A stretch of DNA of 51,349 nucleotides, counting the filler, from Sphacelaria rigidula (lineage: Eukaryota): NCBI GenBank assembly GCA_964200075.2. It is 4 parts of 4 records of this genome, joined end to end, with 100 filler letters (N's around TTAATTAATTAA, not from the genome) between each part and the next. Parts side by side here need not be neighbours in the genome. Positions count along the whole stretch, not along the records: positions 38,590 to 51,349 come from CAXNAA020003439.1; 3 more parts are not named here. One strand, written 5' to 3'. Below the pieces are notes generated by a model, which saw only the letters and a program-made list of their open reading frames with translations, had not been told where the DNA came from and did no database searches. Shown in pieces: positions 45,726 to 51,349 of the stretch. A program made the position numbers and the translations under genes. Numbering within the stretch: position 1 is the stretch's first letter; each line of letters opens with the position of its first letter.

Positions 45726-48700
45726 CTGCGTCGACAAGTATAACAGTGGAGAAGTGAGATGTCCGTACATCGCGAAGGGATTGCGCGTACATAACGGCGA
45801 CCCATCAAAGCTACGGTTACCCTCGACCTCATCATGAGGGAAAGCCTCGTATGCAGCAAGTGGCCCGACCGTCCTATGCCATAACCCGACAGACAGCACC
45901 ACCAGCTTTGTTCGGTGTAACTCATTGGCGTCGTACAAAACTTTCACCCATAATGTCGGAGCGTGTGGCGCACCAGTCCCATGACACGTTATGGGCGCTG
46001 CATGAGGTGATTCTTGGGGGCTGCTAGAATACGGAGCCCCCATACTCCAACTGCAAGCATCACCCAAGATCGCAAATAAGACTCATGGGTGGAAATGTGT
46101 CCTCTCCGCATACTTTGCATTCATCACTTGAGCACGATATTTTGTGTGTTAATGCGCGAGTGTCGGAATAGATGTTTGGGAGCGTTCTCGTCGGGATGCC
46201 TGTAACCGATGGTCTTGTCACTATGGAGCCGTTGGAAACGTTGGAAACAGAACCAAAATAACTTGTCCTATCGTAGAGGGCACATATCTTTTCATTTTTA
46301 TCATGACTGCTCTTCCCTCTCTCATCGTTTCATTTCTACCTTGTTTGGCCTTGTTCTCCAAATCTCAGGATAAGCAATAAGCGATTCATCTCGTGCAAGA
46401 GATGGCAGTGATGCTGCTGTAATAAAAAGACGAGTCTACGGCCGTCACCACGGTTCGACATATCGGGCTAATGTGCAGAAATAACAAAAAGAAAGGCACA
46501 GGACCCATATATGGGGATGTTCTTGTAGTGAATTGAATTAGAAGCGCGAAGCGCAATTATGGCCGAGCGTTCAAGATCGGCCCCCAAGCAAACATTGAAG
46601 ACCGGTTCAAAATCAGTCGAAGAACGAGAACATGGGACATTTCCTGTTTCACTGCACTTCAGCACAAACACTCAAGACCGGTCTCATGTGTGCTGTAGCT
46701 ATCCATGTCCTGTGGTGTGTTTAGACCTTGCGAAGACGAAGACGGGTTGGTTTCCGCTGAGATCGCCTGATGTGTGTTGTATTGTTGTGCTCTCTCCGTA
46801 AAATATGGTCCGCAGAGCTACCCTTGGCGCATGCCGCGGCGCTCGCGAGCATGCGAGAATCATCAGGAATCTTGCTAGTAACACTTTGGGCTATGTCGTA
46901 GAGTAAAAAGCACCGCGGGTTGGTGGTATTTATCTCCTTAGACGATGTGTAATCAGTCGGGACGCAGTGCGGTATACACACTCAACTGTCTGTTGAAAAA
47001 ATCATGTTACCCGGACCCATCACTTGCGTAGTACCGAAAATGGCTGGGCGAGACCCCGTGCTCCGATAAACGGAGCAACGCACAGCACAGTATGGATGTA
47101 CTGCACCACCAGGGTGCTGCTTGCACCGGTCAGCATGGCGGCTGCTGCCGCTGGCATCGGCACCAGCGCTCGCGACCACGGAAAGACACAGCCATTCATA
47201 GTAAGATGGGGATGTACCGATTCACGAGCATCGTAATGACGCACTGTGGCGGCAATGTACCACTCGCTGTCTGCTCATCTGATCGCAGCTCATTCGAACC
47301 TGCTATTCCATCCCTCCCGGCGTACACTACAGGTGTGACTCGAGTCTGCGAGCCAATCACAACAATTTTTCACTGCATAATTCACGACGAAGGTCGCCTT
47401 TCATTGACGTTAGATTCCGCCGATCCCTCACTGAAGGGTCTCTGGTTGGTTGATTTTCACAGTTGACTACAAGCCTCAATCTCAATGCATGGCCGTTGTG
47501 CCATAATAAAACCACGAAAAAGAACTGTGGAGCATGTTGCCTGCTTTCCTGGGGTTCCACAGGTTCGGTCCCCCAAAAAACTTCCACCGAAGGATTTTCT
47601 CCGATGAATGGAGCAGCTTGCCGTAGCTCATCCGGTGTCACGGAGAAATCAGTCTCAATCTCAATCAATCTGCCAGCCACACTTTATCCGTGAGCCTAGA
47701 CTCTACTACTGTACAGCACGAGCAGAGGCCTCCCGGTGGCCAGCAACTCGTACATGAGAGTGTTATTCGTCAGTGCTTTGTTTGAATAGTAATGGGCCTC
47801 ACTACAAGACACTGACTGCACTGTGGCCGTCGAAAATATCGCAACGTGGCGAAAGTGACCGCTCAAAATAGAGTGTTTTGTTCTTAGATCCCTGGTGATG
47901 TTTTCGTGAAATCGACCGTCTAGCGCTGAGTGAAAGTGAGTTTCAGCATTCGCTCCAACTTGGCCCATTTTTCATTTATTGCGTGCTTTTCTTGGCCTGC
48001 AACACTGCCGTACGCTTACAGCTGCACGTTGACATCGTACCCAAAGATATCAGAGACTTTAATGGCAAGCCACTACATGAAGCGTATCGGGCTCCATATA
48101 GAGCTCGGAGGGGTTTTTAGGAACTGAAACTATTTCATCTTTTGAATAACCGCTGTTCACACTCAATCGCACCCTTGATTCTCGATCTCACGAGAACATT
48201 GTTTCTTGGCCATTGATCGATTAGTTCATGTGACAGGTCCTCTCCGTATCCCGTGGTGATCATCTGTGGGGGTGGGGCTGGAGGACAAACGGTTCAAAAA
48301 GGAGATCGGCGAGGAGATGGGGCCCCGGCAACTCTCCATTTCCACTTTCGGAGCCCAACAACATGTGCAGCTCAAGGCTGCTCTCCAACTAAAAAAATTA
48401 CCCCGGTACAAATATCACGTGTAGATATGCGTGGAGTACCTCCAATAAAAGACGTGCTCCTCTATCGATTGAGGCTGTGTCGTATCATTTCTTTTTCGAT
48501 TCGGACGAGTTTGTGCGGAAGAATTGACTTACTTCGTTTTGCTATGTGTGGGTCCAAGCGAATTTGCACGCTTTGGATCGAAAAGGCTAAGCGATATTCG
48601 TTGAGCGGTACTTGTTGACTTGTTTTCAATACGACTCGTACAGACAACAGTACCGACAGTTTTACCCGTACTGTCTGCATAGTGTGTGTGTTACGTACAG

Positions 48701-50242
48701 CATGCAGGCGCGATGTGGAAAAGAAGGGGACAACGTGCCATACAGACAGCACGGCTGTCTGTACTCTTCGCATACGAGAGGTTGTGAAGAAGATTTCAAC
48801 CACATGCAGTGTTGCACTGCCTCTACTGTCCATGAGCGTGTTCACAATTGGGTCGTCGACCCCAACATGCAATTCCGTCGGTGGACCCCATCACACAATT
48901 AGATGTCCAGGTTTCCGCTAACAAAACAAGAAACACATCATGGCAAGAGGGTGGTGGTGTCGGTTCCCTGCCACTGTAGTGTATCTATCCCTCTGTTCAA
49001 TTCGTGATCTATGCTGCAGGGTTGAGTTGGTATCTGCGAATGAACCATCTGGGTTTTGCACAGTTTTGTGAAAGGGTAGTATCTGACATGGTTGTCTGCA
49101 ACATGGGAGTTACGTGCCCCTTGGTTCGTTTCTGCCGCTTGTTTCCAAACCGAAAAAGCTACCGTAAAAAGCTCTTCTGCTTTTCAATCTACTCATCGCG
49201 CGCAAATTATTATAAAATGGGCTTGAAGCCACCTGGGAACATGAATGCCGTGGACGTATCACATACGAGCTGACTACGACCAATTCGATCCGGCCGCATG
49301 TTCTCCAGTCGAGAAAAAATTGGAAGAGATGCGGCCTGACTGCTCGTAGTGTACCTCCGGCGTCGGTTCCCATCTCCCCAAAGTGACACGGAAACTAGCC
49401 GCAAGGCACTAGTTCGCCCCCGCAAAAGTCTGGAGGGTTTGAAGATACCGCCCGCTTTCTCGAAAAATGTATATATCCAGATACCGAGCTCTTCACAACA
49501 TGAACCAGCCTGTGAAGAATATCTGTTTGGAAAAAATCCAACGATATCCCTCCTCCTGTGAAGTATTTTGTCGGAGAGGATGATCTACAAGACGGTATTC
49601 GGGCAGGAGTTCAAGCGGCCTGTGATTCTTGTTCTGGACTCCACTATATTTTTGAGTCGGCGATTGCTTTTGTGCTTCTCGTGCTGTACTGTCACATGTA
49701 GTCAGATAACATGGTGACGTTTGTCGTGGCTTATCCATGAAGCAACTCATGACGTGTGGCACAGGCGGGGCAGTGGCCGTTTTGTATATAGGCGTTTCCT
49801 CTGCACCAAGAAACAAGTGTAACACCATCCCCACTGGATAGTGGTTGGGTACTTGAAGACTACTGTCAGAATGTCCACTTTATGCTCGCGGGGGAGGGGT
49901 TCGTCGAGCCACGTTACAGTTCGTCTGTAGAAGCTGACAGTATCTGCGGGTAGAAAAGAGCACTGGTACAAAAAGAAGGAAAAAAATAATTGAGGCGCCG
50001 GCTGGATCTCAAGTTTGACAAGGATAGTCGATGCATTTGCACACCACTCAAGCATACATGTAGGTATGGTATATCTCTAGATATGTTATGTCATGAATCT
50101 TACATCAGCTTTCAGACCGCAGCTTCTATGACGGTAGGGCATATGCAACGTGCAAGAAATGGCGTCTACACGCATGCCGGCATCGAGGATGCCTCGCACT
50201 TACCCTACTGTCGTCGTCAATCGCTTACTGTACATCGCACAG

Positions 50243-50569
50243 GCCATACGCCACCCGTGGCTAGCACGCGCGAGGGAGCAACAGGTGGTCGAAGAGGAGG
50301 TTATCGTTGTCAGCAAGGGAATGGGCGGCGGCGGTCACCGCAGGCACCGCAATGGCTCGCGGGGCAGCGGAGGCGGCGAGAAAATGATGGGTGGCGATGG
50401 GCAGTACACACCGTCCTCAGCCGCTGGAGGCAGCAGCTACGCTAGCACCAGCTGTGCGAGCAGTTCCAGTAGCTCGGGCGGGGGGGGGGGCCCCCGAGAG
50501 GGCTGCAGTGAAGGAGAAGCCCCTCCACCGTACCGTAGCATCGCAGAGGACAGAGAGATATATAACTAG
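50243..50569 (+). CDS. Probable terminal exon of a Ser/Thr protein kinase
   Basis: cacag|GCC ATA CGC CAC CCG TGG CTA encodes AIRHPWL (the AL.HPWL end of kinase subdomain XI), followed by a Gly/Ser-rich tail to TAG 50567-50569. No upstream kinase exons were found. Confidence 0.55.
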   Translation, partial: AIRHPWLARAREQQVVEEEVIVVSKGMGGGGHRRHRNGSRGSGGGEKMMGGDGQYTPSSAAGGSSYASTSCASSSSSSGGGGGPREGCSEGEAPPPYRSIAEDREIYN

Positions 50570-51349
50570 CTTACATTACGAGGTGAACGTGACATTACAA
50601 AACAATATCACGGACTTGTCGACAAGACGGATGCCAGACCCCCTACTTGTACTTATGAACCTGCTGGTTATTTAGGGAGTTTGGCGAGAGTTTCGTTGTT
50701 CGGGCGTGATTCCTGGAGTACATGTGGTCGTTATGCACGATAATACACTACTCACAGCGAAGTAATCGCTAATTAGATGCATGGCCTCCTCGCCCTGCCG
50801 TATGGCGGAGTCCATGGTATCGATGCGGTCGCTCCCACCCCCAGGAAATCTGAGCATTTGGCGCCTTGAATGCGAATCGCAGTTACCGCGATACAGTACA
50901 ATACAGCACAGTGCAGTCACCGTGGGGTTAGAAGGTTGTGCTGGAAGCTTGCGTGATGCGAGGATATGTGGCTTTGGCGGTGGCTGTGGCTAGTGATTGA
51001 GGGCCGTGAAGAGGTTTTGCGCGGGCAGGCCAACGGGCAGAGGCTGGCCATGTTCACCTCACGGAGGCAGCTATCGTACCCTGACTGCGTGCGCCGTATA
51101 GGGGAGTTTCCTGTCGTGAATCCACACTTTTATGGTAACTCGACCAGTGTACCCAACATGATGCGGTATGGTGCGGTGCGATACGGCACGGTATGGCAAG
51201 GATGCTTCTCCTTGCTAGGCCCTGCATCTTAACATTGGGAACATGGAGTTATTTAAGGGAGGGGGGGGGGGGGGGGGGGGTTGGGCCCCCCACTTTTTGG
51301 GGGGGGGGGGGTTTGGTTGGGTTGGGGGGGGGGGAACCGGGGGGACCCC

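Noticed and set aside
50917..51110. Possible minus-strand terminal exon (GNSPIRRTQSGYDSCL...TPR*)
   Set aside because: It has a plausible acceptor and an open frame, but no recognisable homology, so it cannot be supported from sequence alone.

Overview
This is eukaryotic, intron-rich DNA, most consistent with a brown alga (Phaeophyceae). That assignment is an inference from the mannitol-2-dehydrogenase gene, short GT-AG exons in long repeat-filled introns, and CCCTAA repeats. The window is not one locus. It is four contigs of 12765, 12763, 12761 and 12760 bp, joined by 100-bp N spacers that each contain a TTAATTAATTAA six-frame-stop linker, so they appear to be unplaced contigs concatenated by size. 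Contig 1 (1-12765) holds two head-to-head first exons, one for a protein with SUMO-interacting-like motifs and one for a coiled-coil protein with an AAxxG box. These are followed by nested MITEs, tRNA-derived SINEs and a probable KDZ-type transposase remnant. Contig 2 (12866-25628) is a transposon graveyard with LTR-like repeats, a 440-bp palindrome, a TTCAA-rich array, a RING remnant and an RTE LINE fragment. Contig 3 (25729-38489) carries the last five exons of mannitol-2-dehydrogenase. Contig 4 (38590-51349) carries five exons of an EF-hand plus PH protein resembling CDPK7 on the minus strand, and an orphan kinase-like terminal exon on the plus strand. Most ORFs in the supplied track are spurious. 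All family assignments come from motif recognition by eye; no searches were run. I found no clearly new multi-gene system.
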